Source: Malacoraja senta
Taxonomy: Eukaryota
Direction of reading: 5' to 3'
Length of the DNA: 64,000 nt
Assembly: GCA_038087875.1 (NCBI GenBank)
Contig: JAXLNO010000709.1
Location: 1-64,000 of the forward strand
Position numbers and translations under genes: made by a program. The notes under the pieces were generated by a model, which saw only the letters and a list, made by a program, of their open reading frames with translations, did not search any database and had not been told where the DNA came from. Within the stretch, counting starts at the first letter, position 1. Every line of letters starts with the position of its first letter. Of this stretch, positions 52,265 to 64,000 are shown in pieces.

Positions 52265-52454
52265 CTTTCGAGACACACGCACCACAATATAATTCCATGT
52301 CTTGTGGCCCTTTATTTTGTACGTTGGGTTGGTCATTCCCTTAAATTCTGAACATGGGAGGATGTAATCTGAGGGTCGCACATGGACACGAGTACAGGGA
52401 ATTCAATGTACATATATCAGTGTCCCAGCACAATCCCTTAACATCAAGTATGAC

Positions 52455-53121
52455 ATTAGCAGGAAGTGAAGAAAGCAAATGGCATGTTGGCCTCTTGAGG
52501 AGTCAAGTATAGGAGCATAGAGGTCCTTCTGCAGTTGTACAGGGCCCTAGTGAGACCACACCTGGAATATTGTGTGCAGTTTTGATCTCCGAGTTTGAGG
52601 AAGGACATTCTTGCTATTGAGGGAGTGCAGCATAGGTTCACAAAGTTAATTCTCGGTATGGCGGGACTGTCATATGCTGAGAGAATGGAGCGGCTGGGCT
52701 TGTATACTCTGGAATTTAGAAGGATGAAGGGATGTTATTGAAACATATAAGATTATTAAGGGTTTGGACACGCTAGAGGCAGGAAACATGTTCCCGATGT
52801 TGGGGGAGTCCAGAACCAGGGACCACAGTTTAAGAATAAGGGGTAAGCCATTTAGAACGGAGATGAAGAAACACTTTTTCACACAGAGTTGTGAGTCTGT
52901 GGAATTCTCTGCCTCAGAGGGCGGTGGAGGCCGGTTCTCTGGATACTTTCAAGAGAGAGCTAGATAGGGCTCTTAAGGATCGCGGAGTCAGGGGATATGG
53001 GGAGAAGGCAGGAACGGGGTACTGATTGTGGATGATCAGCTATGATCACATTGAATGGCGGTGTTGGCTCGAAGGGCCGAATGGCCTACTCCTGCATCTA
53101 TTGTCTATTGTCTATTGTCTA
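52455..53121 (+). mobile_element. CR1/HER1-like LINE 3' fragment
   Basis: [10 protein letters not shown] and RTRDHSLRIRG motifs, with a (TATTGTC)n tail. Confidence 0.88.
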
Positions 53122-53750
53122 TGATTCTTAATTTTCTGCATGATTAGTTCTTCGTATAACAGGTAGTGAATAATGATGGTCGTAAGTTGTGACTTTGATC
53201 CTATTTTTGTTGTTAAGTTAGAAATGTACATTATGCATTCATGCATAAGTTTGAAAACGCATACCTCGAGATTCAAGGGACAGATTCTTCCTAGTAGTTA
53301 TCAGGTAAGTGAACCATCCTCTCAACAGCTGGAGTGTGGTCCTTACCTCCTATCTAACTCATTGGAGATCTTTGAACTATTGTTAATCGAACTTTACTGG
53401 ACTTTACCTTGCACTAAATGTTATACTCTTTATCCTGTGTGTGTGTTTATGTGTGTAGACATAATCACTTAAAGTCTTTTCGATGACCAGATAGCACGCT
53501 ACAAAAAGCTTTTCACTATCTCGGTACAAGTGACAATAATAAACTGAACTAAGCTGATGTCAAAGAGTGCAAAACGCAATGGAGAAAATGAATGTAGCAC
53601 TTGGGTAAATTACGATCAGAATTACCCGAGTCAAATTGTTCCACTGAGTGCAATAATTTCAAAATGTGCAAAATGATTTTCATACGTGATATGAATTTAA
53701 AAACAATGATAAATCAGATTAATTTTCCTGGCTATTAATGAACACAAATG

Positions 53751-54794
53751 TAGCAATGTTACAAAATTTTGAGATTTTAAAAATCAAGTCTGCAATTTAT
53801 CCCATCAGATAAAGCATAAAAAGAAGTTTAAATTGACACCTAATTCACTTTCATATCTTCAGTATTAAAAAAGTTATGGCCATTTTCATACTCGGAAATT
53901 AGCATCTTGTTCCCTATTGCTTTTCCATTGACTTAACTCAAAAGCTGTGATCGAGGACAGTCAAAAGCCCATAACTTTCTTACAAATTAAGAGAATTGAA
54001 TGACATTTTCAGTTATTATAGATTGAAGCATTCTGAAACAAATATGAAACAATCTTACTTGGATGACCTGAAATTAAAGCATATAATTAGTTAGTTACCT
54101 AATTGTAGCTAATTACAAAATTCAATTACTAGATCTAAACATCTATCAATTTCTTAAGAAAAGATTAACATTTTTAAATAGCCTACGTGTCCAAATAACA
54201 TTCACACAAGAATTCACAATATAACATGATTTTTAAATCTCATTGTCATGAATTTATATGCCAAATGGAAGGAATTTAGTATTTAATTCCCGTAAATTAA
54301 TGGCCATTTAAATCATCTTGTGAGTGGGATTTTGTGGAACGCGATCGTTTGGAACGTTGCATTTGCGGTGAATTTAAACCCCATATCGGCAGGAAAAATA
54401 CTGCCGGTTCGTATATTTACATAATGACATTTTCGCAACGTAAAATTTTGATTAAAGGCATCCTAAGAAGCAAGTTTATATGTAAAATAAATGGCATTTT
54501 TTTACCTGACCCGTGCGTGAAATCCATCCCCGTTGTCGGCGTTGACGGCTTTTGAAGATGCTTTTTAATTTACTCCTGTTATTAAATTATCCAGTGCAGT
54601 TTAAAATAAATTTAATAAAACCGATGTCGAAGCGAATTTTCTTCAGCATCTAAACAGCCTGTTCAAAATTGATTTGAATAGGGTGGAGAAATACCGCATT
54701 TTAAACCCGCCCCCCTCTCAAAGGCGCCAAAGTCGCGCACACGGGCAGTGACAGAACTGCAGCGCCGCTGAAGGAAAGTTTTGTAACATACCTA
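53751..54794. mobile_element. ~1-kb non-autonomous TIR DNA element, copy 2 (complete)
   Basis: TIRs TAGCAATGTTACAAAA / TTTTGTAACATACCTA (14/16 match), flanked by duplicated ACAAATG. Confidence 0.8.
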
Positions 54795-56738
54795 ACAAAT
54801 GTTACCCATATTTCAGTTTTTGATTATTTTAAGAACTCATTGTTTTAATATATTCTACATTAAAACCCATCTGCTTTTGCCATTTGGGCTCGGAATAGAA
54901 GTAGGAAGGTCATTTTTAATTGAACAATTAGTCTAAACGTGTTTACCTTCACTTGTCATCTTACCCCATCAGCATATTTTATAACCCACACAGATTGCTT
55001 TCAATCATTTTTTTTTGCAAATGTATTAACAGATGTTCCCCGTGAGACTCCACAAGACCCCCAGATGAGACTTTGCATTTCCCATCAGTTTATTTTTCCT
55101 ATTGCCTACCTAGTTTTTATTTCCAAAAAATTCAAGTAGATTGCTTGAAATATGTAAACAAGTTAAATCCATTTTATGATGTGGCAACATAGCAGGTGCA
55201 GAATTAAATTCTCTGCCTGTGCTTAACTGCTCTTTGGTGAATTATTTGTTGTGTCACAGTGACAAAAGATTCAAGAGAGTTTATTGTCATGTGTCCCAGA
55301 TAGGACAATGAAATTCTTGCTTTCCTTCAGCACAACAGAATATAGTATACAGATCAGTGTATATAAATTCAGATCAGTGTGTCCATATACCATTGAATAT
55401 ATATAAACGATTGTACACCAAAATGTTGTGTCATTGTAATGCTCTAATGAATTCATTTAATACTTGTGCTGAATATAATGGCTATGAACCTATTCAGCTA
55501 ACAAAAAATGTAACCTAGTCTTCAAGGGAACAGGAGAACTAATAGTTCAGTGGCTGAGAATCAATGGTTCCTTATCGTCACATGTACCAAGGTACAGTGA
55601 CATTTTTTTTGGATACAGTTCAGTCAAATTATTGCCCTACAGAAATACAATCCCAGATTAAGTGCAGAATGTACAGAAACAGCCCACTGAGACCATATGA
55701 AAGAGTTGCCAGGTTTTGGAGCCATTTTCAAAGTCTCAGCTGCAGCTGGCCATAAAGTCCCATTGCAACCGTTGTCTTGATCCGGATCGTCCAGCGAATT
55801 GTCGTCTCTCACATTGTTCCCTGTATTTGTACACCCAAATTGTGCATCTATACCCTGTAAATGCCTCGATTGTCATCATGTATTGTCTTTCCGCTGACTG
55901 GTTAGCACGCAACAAAAGCTTTTCACTGCACCTTGGTACACATGACAATAAACTGAACTCAAATTCAAGCCCTCTTATCCCACCACCTTCAGTCTTTGTG
56001 CCCCGGGGATGCCTTCTGCAGCCGACCTTGAGGGTGGGGAAGGTAAGACATTGATTATAGCAAAAAGCTGGAGTAACTCAGCGCGACAGGCAGCATCTCT
56101 GGAGAGAAGGAATGGGTGACGTTTCAGGTCGAGCCCCTTCTTCAGACTAGTTGTGGATAAGGGAAACCTGCTGTCCTTGGTTCTAGCATCTGCCGCCCTC
56201 ACCCTCCCTCACCCTACTTTCTGGTTCTTCAGTCCTCTATGACGAGCAGGGGCTGGGCTCGGCGGCTTCCTTCTACAGGTGGGTTCCCAGTTCTGCAGCG
56301 GGCAAGCCAGGTTTGCTGCCAGGAATGGCCACGGCCTGACGGGTCCTTTCTGCTGCGCGACCTGACGGGTAATTCTGTACCTTGATTTCTGCAAATTGAA
56401 CCTTATTGTGGATAAATGGCAAAATAATCAAGGGGAAGTTGATGGGCACATTAATGGTGGCAAATAATTTAACTGTGTTGTTCAGTTGAGAGCCAAAATG
56501 GGTGAATGGTCTCCTCTGGGGTAATAAGTATGTTGGTTATTTTTGGGGAAAAGTGTGAAGGGGAATAAAGTTATTTTGAACGATGCAGCAAGGAAACAGG
56601 CCCTTTGACCCACCATCAGTCTCCCGTTCATACTAATTCTATTAACTCACTTTCAAATCCACTCCCTACATACAAAGGGTGATTTACGGAGACCAATTAA
56701 CCTACAAACTTGCACGTCTTTGGAAATGTGGGGGGAAA

Positions 56739-57883
56739 CATAGAAAACATAGAAAATAGGTGCAGGAGTAGGCCATTTGGCCCTTCGAGCCTGCACCGCC
56801 ATTCAATATGATCATGGCTGATCATCCAACTCAGTATCCCGTACCTGCCTTCTCTCCATACCCCCTGATCCATTTAGCCACAAGGGCCACATCTAACTCC
56901 CTCTTAAATATAGCCAATGAACTGGCCTCAACTACCCTCTGTGGCAGAGAGTTCCAGAGATTCACCACTCTCTGTGTGAAAAAGTTTTTTCTCATCTCGG
57001 TCTTAAAGGATTTCCCCCTTATCCTTAAGCTGTGACCCCTTGTCCTGGACTTCCCCAACATCGGGAACAATCTTCCTGCATCTAGCCTGACCAACACCAT
57101 AAGAATTTTGTACGTTTCTATAAGATCCCCTCTCAATCTCCTAAATTCTAGCGAGTATAAGCCAAGTCTATCCAGTCTTTCTTCATATGAAAGTCCTGAC
57201 ATCCCAGGAATCAGTCTGGTGAACCTTCTCTGCATTCCCTCTATGGCTATAATGTCCTTCCTCAGATTTGGAGACCAAAACTGTACGCAATACTCCAGGT
57301 GTGGTCTCACCAAGACCCTGTACAACTGCAGTAGAACCTCCCTGCTCCTATACTCAAATCCTTTTGCTATGAAAGCTAACATACCATTCGCTTTCTTCAC
57401 TGCCTGCTGCACCTGCATGCCTACTTTTAATGACTGGTGTACCATGACACCCAGGTCTCGCTGCATCTCCCCTTTTCCTAATCGGACACCATTTAGATAA
57501 TAGTCTGCTTTCCTGTTTTTGCCACCAAAGTGGATAACCTCACATTTATCCACATTATACTGCATCTGCCAAACATTTGCCCACTCACCCAGCCTATCCA
57601 AGTCACCTTGCAGTCTCCTAGCATCCTCCTCACAGCTAACACTGCCCCCCAGCTTAGTGTCATCCGCAAACTTGGAGATGTTGCCTTCACTTCCCTCATC
57701 CAGTTCATCAATATAAATTGTAAATAGCTGGGGTACCAGCACTGAGCCTTGCGGTACCCCACTAGTCACTGCCTGCCATTGTGAAAAGGACCCGTTTACT
57801 CCTACTCTTTGCTTCCTGTTTGCCAGCCAGTTCTCTATCCACATCAATACTGAACCCCCAATACCGTGTGCTTTAAGTTTGTA
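56739..57883 (-). mobile_element. CR1/HER1-like LINE 3' part inserted in a V-SINE
   Basis: A 358-aa open frame of the RT C-terminus (SGVPQGSVL, FADDTKL). SINE halves lie at ~56590-56738 and ~57885-57990. Confidence 0.93.
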
Positions 57884-59130
57884 CCGGAGCACTTGGAGGA
57901 ATCCCATGCGGTCACTGAAAGGACATGCACTCTGACAGTTTGGATCAAAGCTGGGTCTCTGGCACTGTGAGGCAGTACCAGCTATGCCATTATACCCCTG
58001 TAATTCTTCATGAATTTCCCTTTCTCTGACATTCTTCTAGTTTTGAGTTGAAAATCATATCTATTTAGAGTACTCGCAGTGGTGTACAATTCATTTAGTA
58101 CATTAGCTTGTAAATTTATTAATCTGGGAATGCTTGATATTGTTATCCCAGTTCAAGTAGAATTCCTTTTGTTCTGCAGTTTTCCCTTTCCAAGTTAAAC
58201 GTGTTTTCATTCGCCTGTAGCTGAAAGCACTATTTTAAAATGCAGGCCTCTTGGATCTTTCAATGCTTCCCACTAGTGTGTTGCTTCTTTATATTTTCAC
58301 TCCTGCACTTCTTTTATCCTATTGGGTCAAAACAATCTCTATCTTCAGAGCTATCTTGTTAATTTATCATTCTCTCTGCCTTTCTACTTTCTCACTGTAC
58401 TCTTGTTCCTCATTGTCTTTGGAAGTCCCTCACAATACTCAGAGACCTTGATGTCTCTGCCCCCTTATTACTTTCTAATTTTTCATCATCTCCGGTGTTC
58501 CTTTGTTTTTTGCTGTCTCCAATGTGCCCTCGTGCTCACTCGCTTCTTGCTGTCTCTGATGTTCCTTTGTACCTTTGCAATTAATCCAGTGTCTTGCTCG
58601 CTACTTTTAAAACACTTTTAAGTGTTCTTTTGACCGGTTCAAAGATAGGCTTTGTATTTGAGTTCAATCAATAGTTCAAAGTTTAGCACTAGGATCTGGT
58701 AAAGTCACTGTGAGTAGTAGTGGTAATGGGGGCTGGAGTTGAAACATGGCACAGGGTGATTTTTGCCCCATGGCATGTATATATTTCCTCACAGATCTAT
58801 TGAAACGTACTGTTGTGAAAAGCCCTATAATAATAATATTGTGAATGGTGACACTCAAAAGCTTTGCAAGCAGTTAAATTATTAATCTGGATAGAGGATG
58901 CCTTTGAGCTCAGTTTCATTTTTGGGAATTCTTGCATCATAAGGCAGTTGAGGTCGTTTCCCACCAGTTCATTATGTTGCTCAGGCAACTTCCAAAAGAG
59001 GGATCAGTTTGTTAATTCTGGGAATGGAAAGATCACAGCAGGACATTGACACAGGGATGGACACATGGATACATAGACACGTCTGCACGCACACACAATG
59101 TGTGAGTGACTGTGTCACTGTGTATGAATG

Positions 59131-59265
59131 GTGTTAAAGAAGGAACTGCAGATGCTGGAAAATCGAAGGTACACAAAAATGCTGGAGAAACTCAGCGGGT
59201 GCAGCAGCATCTATGGAGCGAAGGAAATAGGCAACGTTTCGGGCCGAAACCCTTCTTCAGACTGA
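59131..59265 (-). mobile_element. Short PLE-derived element with intact UUCG-type hammerhead core (59233-59260)
   Basis: The minus strand reads CTGAAGAAGGGTTTCGGCCCGAAACGTT. Confidence 0.8.
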
Positions 59266-59674
59266 AGAAGATAGGTCACAAGCTTTAGAAGCATGTGAAT
59301 AGCTTGAGTTAAAAGGAGTGATTGGATAGGCTGGGACTGGTTTCAGTTTAGTTTATTGTCACGTATCAAGGTACAGTGAAAAGCTTTTGTTGCCTGTTAT
59401 CCAGTCAGCGGAACGACAATACATAATTACAATCTGAGGGGTGACCTTGTAGAAAATTAGAAAATTAAGGGGCATAAATAGGGTAGATAGCCACAGTCTT
59501 TTTCCCAGGATAGAGTTTTCTGAAACTAGATAATATAAGTTTATCCTGAGAGGGAAAAGATTTAAGGGTGATCGGAGGGACAGGTTTTTCACATAAAGTG
59601 ATGGGTAAATGGAACAAGCTGCCAGAGAAGGTGATAGAGGCACATATCTTTTTTGGAAAGGTACAGAGATACCT

Positions 59675-59988
59675 TAGTTTAGAGATACAGCACGGAAACA
59701 GGCCCTTTGACCCACTGAGTCCGGACCGACCAGCAATCCCTGCACTATCCTACACGCACAAGGAACAATTTTACACTTATACCAAGCCAATTAACCTACA
59801 AACCTGTACGTCTTTGGAGTGTGGGAGGAAACCGAAGATCTTGGAGAAAACCCATGCAGGTCACGGGGAGAACGTACAAACTCAGTACAGACAGCAACCG
59901 TAGTCAGGATCGCACCCGGGTCTCTGGCGCTGCAGGCGCTGCAAACGCTGTAAGACAGCAAATCAACCGCTGCGCCACTGTGCCGCAC
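59675..59988 (-). mobile_element. V-SINE (HE1-like)
   Basis: Reverse complement of the 36120-36424 family. Confidence 0.85.
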
Positions 59989-60702
59989 GTGTATGGAACA
60001 TTTTTAGAGGGTTTAAGGGCTAAATGCATACAAATAGGATTCGCATGGATAGGACATGAATGAGTTGGGCTGAGGGGCTGATTCTATGTTGCAAAACCTT
60101 AAGAATCTGTGAATCTACATCTCTGTCACAGTCTCCTTTCGCTGTGTTTCCTTTCTCCATCCCACAGTTGCCATCACTCGCTCACTTTGCTTCTCTGCAG
60201 TCAGTGTTTCTTTTCAAACCCCGTCTCCCACTATTATCTTTCTTTCCCCCTTAATTTTTCCTTGCTTTATACCCTTCCACTATCGTCATTTCTCTTTACC
60301 CCTCTCCTTGCCTTTCCCAACTGCCCTCTCATGTTCCCTTAAATATTTGGCTCTTTACTTCTCAAGCTAAACATCTGACAATGGTGAGTGAAAGATTTTT
60401 AGTTTGGTTCTGGTCGACATTATTCTCCATCACCATTAGAAAAGATCAAGTGATTGTTCAGTGTAAGAAGGAACTGCAGATGCTGGTTTAAACCGAAGAT
60501 AGACACAAAATGGTGGAGTAACTCAGCGGGACAGGCAGCATCTCCGGAGAGAAGGAATGGGTGACGTTTTGGTTCTGAAGAACGATTTTGTCATTTAATA
60601 GTTGAAGTCCTGGAGTGAGGAACTGAATATGAAAAGCTTGAGAAGTACTGATGATATGAACGTTTGTTGTCCAATGGCAAACTCCCAAGGAATAGTATTT
60701 TT

Positions 60703-61022
60703 GCACGGTGGTGCAGCAGTAGAGTTGTTGCCTTACAGCTCTTGCAGTGCTAGAAACTCGGGTTCGATCCCCACAACGGTGCTGTCTGTACGGAGTTTGT
60801 ATGTTTTCCCCATGACCGCATGGATTTTCTACGAGATCTTCAGTTTTGTCCCACACACCAAAGACGTACAGGTTTGTAGATTAATTGGCTTGGTATCAAT
60901 GAAAATTGTACCTAGTGTGCATACGATTGTGTTAATGTGCAGAGATGCAGACTTGGTCGTTGCAGACTTGGTGGGCCGAAGGGCCTGTTTCCGCACTGTA
61001 TCTCTAAACGAAAACAAAACTG
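60703..61022 (+). mobile_element. V-SINE (HE1-like)
   Basis: GCACGGTGGTGCAGCAGTAGAG, B-box GGTTCGATCC, V-domain and GGGCCGAAGGGCC tail. Confidence 0.85.
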
Positions 61023-61949
61023 AAATGGCTTTGGCCATGTACTTAAGTCACTGCAAACATTCTATTAAATGTTTTGTGCCATGTATCAATGTTGCCATGC
61101 AAGTCGTCCCACTGGGACAAATTAATGTGAAAAGTCATTCAAGAGTACGTCTATGGTTTTCCATTTTACCTCCCAGTATTTGACATTAATTCTGTGAAAA
61201 GAAAGGCATTTAAAATCCAGATGGACAACAAAATCAGTAGTTAAAATGTACATTGTGTCTACAGAGACTATATTTTAGAGATGATATTTGCCAAGAGGCC
61301 AAAAAAAGTTGGAATGGAATTGAATTGAAAACCCTCATGATGACTGCACCATGCTTTTAAAAGAACTCACTCAGCATTTAATTCATAGTTATTTGATTGT
61401 TTCTTTCCTGGGAAAAACAACTTTTGGCTGTACTTTGTCTCTTACAGTGGATGCACTGGTTTTGTTACAAAATCTGGTTTCAATGCCATTGTTCGGAGTT
61501 TAATTTTCCAGATTTTGCGTCATTAAAAGTTGATTCATTTATGTTGTATTATTGTCGATTAATGTAGGTTGCACAACAGAGCAGTAATTGATCTCGAGCT
61601 GCAATAATCACATCTTGTCCCATTTTAAGGTACAAATCATCCATTTGGTTCTTGAAGAATTCCAAACTGGGGTTTGGAGAAAGAAAAACTCTAACTTTAA
61701 TGGAAAAGTGTTGACAACGATGCAACAAACAAGAGATTGAACACATTTCCAGGATGAAAGGCTATTTCTTTGCTAGCCCTCGAAGAGTGAACAAGGAATT
61801 GAAATACTGTTTCTCTTTCTCTCCCCATAAATACTGCTTGACCTGCTGACTAATTCCAGCTTGCTGCTGTGGCAGCGGGAACGAGCCCGGAGAAGTTGTC
61901 GCTGAGCACGACCTCTGCTCACCCTGTGCACCAGAGAGGAGGAGGTCTA

Positions 61950-63927
61950 ACAGACAATAGGTGCAGGAGTAGGACATTCGGCCCTTCGAGCCAGCACCAC
62001 CATTGAATGTGATCATGGCTGATCATCCACAATCAGTACCCCATTCCTGCCTTCTCCCCATATCCCCTGACTCTGCTATCTTTAAGTCTATCTCTTGAAA
62101 GTATCCAGAGAACCGGCCTCCGCTGCCCTCTGAGGCAGAGAATTCCACAGACTCACAACTCTGTGTGAAAAAGTGTTTACTCATCTCCGTTCTAAATGGC
62201 TTACCCCTTATTCTTAAACTGTGGCCCCTGGTTCTGGACTCCCCCAACATCGGGAATGTTTCCTGCCTCTAGCGTGTCCAAACCCTTAATAATCTTATAT
62301 GTTTCAATAAGATAACCTCTCATCCTTCTAAATTCCAGAGTATACAAGCCCAGCCGCTCCATTCTCTCAGCTTATGACAGTCCCACCATCCCGGGAATTA
62401 ACCTTGTGAACCTGCGCTGCACTCTCTCAATAGCAAGAATGTCCTTCCTTAAATTTGGAAACCAAAACTGCACACAATACTCCAGGTGTGGTCTCACTAG
62501 GGCCCTGTACAACTGCAGAAGGACCTCTTTGCTCCTATACTCAACTCCTCTTGTTATGAAGGCCATGCCATTCATTTTTTTCACTGCCTGCTGTACCTGC
62601 ATGCTTACTTTCATTGACTGATGAACAAGGACCCCCAGATCCCGTTGTACGTTCCCTTTACCCAACGATACCATTTCGATAATAATCTGCCTTTCTGTTT
62701 TTGCCAAAGTGAATAACCTCACATTTATCCACATTAAACTGCATCTGCCCACTCACCCAACCTGTCCAAGTCGCCCTGCTTTCTCAGAGCATCCTCCTCA
62801 CCGTTCACACTTCCACCCAGCTTTGTGTCATCTGCAAATTTACTAATGTTACTTGTAATCACTTCATCTAAATCATTAATATATATTATAAATAGCTGCG
62901 GTCCCAGCACCGAGCCTTGCGGCACTGCACCAGTCACTGCCTGCCATTCTGAAAGGGACCCGTTAATCCCTATTCTTTGTTTCTTGTCTGCCAACCAATT
63001 TTCTATCCATGTCAGCACTCTACCCCCAATACCATGTGCCCTAATTGTGCACATTAATCTCCTATGTGGAACCTTATTGAATGCTTTCTGAAAGTCCAGG
63101 TACACTACATCCACTGGCTCTCCCTTGTCCATTTTCCTAGTTACATCCTCAAAAAATTCCAGAAGATTAGTCAAGCATGATTTCCCCTTCGTAAATCCAT
63201 GTTGACTCGGACCGATCCTGTTACTGCTATCCAAATGTGCCGCTATTTCATCTTTCATGATTGACTCCAGAATTTTTCCCAACACCGATATCAGGCTAAC
63301 TGGTCTATAATTCCCTGTTTTCTCTCTCCTGCCTTTCGTAAAAAGTGGGATATCATTAGCTACCCTCCAATCCACTGAAACTGATCTCGAATCTATACGC
63401 TGGGATGCAGACCATCAGGCCCTGAGGATTTATCAGCCTTCAGTCCCATCAGTTTACCAAACACCATTTCCTGCCTAATGTGGATTTCCTTCAGTTCCTC
63501 TGTCACCCCAGATCCTCTGGCCACTAGTACATCTGGAAGATTGTTTGTGTCTTCCTTAGTGAAGACGGATCCAAAGTACCTGTTCAACTCCTGTGCCATT
63601 TCCTTGTTCCCCATAATAGACAATAGGTGCAGGGGTAGGCCATTCAATGTGATCATGGCTGATCATCCCCAATCAGTACTCCGTTCCTGCCTTCTCCCCA
63701 TATCCCCTGACTCCGCTATTTTTAAGAGAATAAATTCACCCTTTTCAGACTTCAAGTGTCCAACTTTGGTTTGAACTAATTCTTTCCTCTTCACATACCT
63801 AAAGAAGCTTTTACTATCCTCCTTTATATTCTTGACTGGCTTACCTTCGTAACTCATCTTTTCTCCGTGTATTGCCTTTTTAGTTATCTTCTGTTGCTCT
63901 TTAAACGTTACCCAATCCTCTGGCTTG
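61950..63927 (-). mobile_element. CR1/HER1-like LINE, degenerate, with a nested 3'-end fragment (~63619-63728)
   Basis: RT motifs GNYRPVSL, QHGFTKGKSCLTNL, YLDFQKAF and FADDTKL spread across frameshifts. Confidence 0.92.
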
Positions 63928-64000
63928 GATGAGGGCCGGTAAGCAGACCGGAGGTGGGAGGCAGGGCGGGGCCTTGACTGTGGAGAGGGCCACTGGAGGT

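Larger units (their letters stand above)
50972..52286 (+). mobile_element. Ty3/gypsy LTR retrotransposon, CsRn1-like, internally deleted
   Basis: 5' LTR TG...CA at 50972-51187. PBS TGGTGACCCCGACG (tRNA-Trp 3' complement) at 51189-51202. gag, start of protease, the last 22 bp of the 3' LTR (52265-52286) and a 4-bp TSD ATAT. Confidence 0.92.

Noticed and set aside
58244..58276. RPLGSFN peptide resembling the next XRCC4 exon (FRLGSFN)
   Set aside because: An in-frame TAG follows within four codons and there is no suitable phase-0 acceptor or further similarity.

Overview
Repeat-rich vertebrate genomic DNA. The HE1-like V-SINEs, CR1/HER1-like LINEs and Penelope family suggest a cartilaginous fish, probably a skate or ray (inferred). 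The window holds the 5' part of XRCC4 on the + strand: a CpG-island promoter and probable non-coding exon 1 near 1.3-1.4 kb, a ~38 kb intron 1, and coding exons at 39288-39426 and 41976-42163; further exons were not found. A divergent ATG-only first coding exon on the - strand at 1131-1133 is probably TMEM167A, by known synteny. The introns contain nested mobile elements: Penelope-like elements (PLEs), CR1, Rex1 and Vingi-like LINEs, V-SINEs, hAT, Harbinger and Tc1 elements, a Helitron with an inverted minisatellite, and a young CsRn1-type Ty3/gypsy element with intact gag and a -1 frameshift signal. The most notable signal is about 20 short dispersed copies of a PLE terminal repeat, many carrying a minimal hammerhead-ribozyme core (CUGAAGA-stem II-GAAACGUH). 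They occur in two subfamilies with structure-preserving changes, and several are flanked by their own 10-13 bp target-site duplications (TSDs), so they appear to move as retrozyme-like units. Family assignments come from motif recognition, not database searches.
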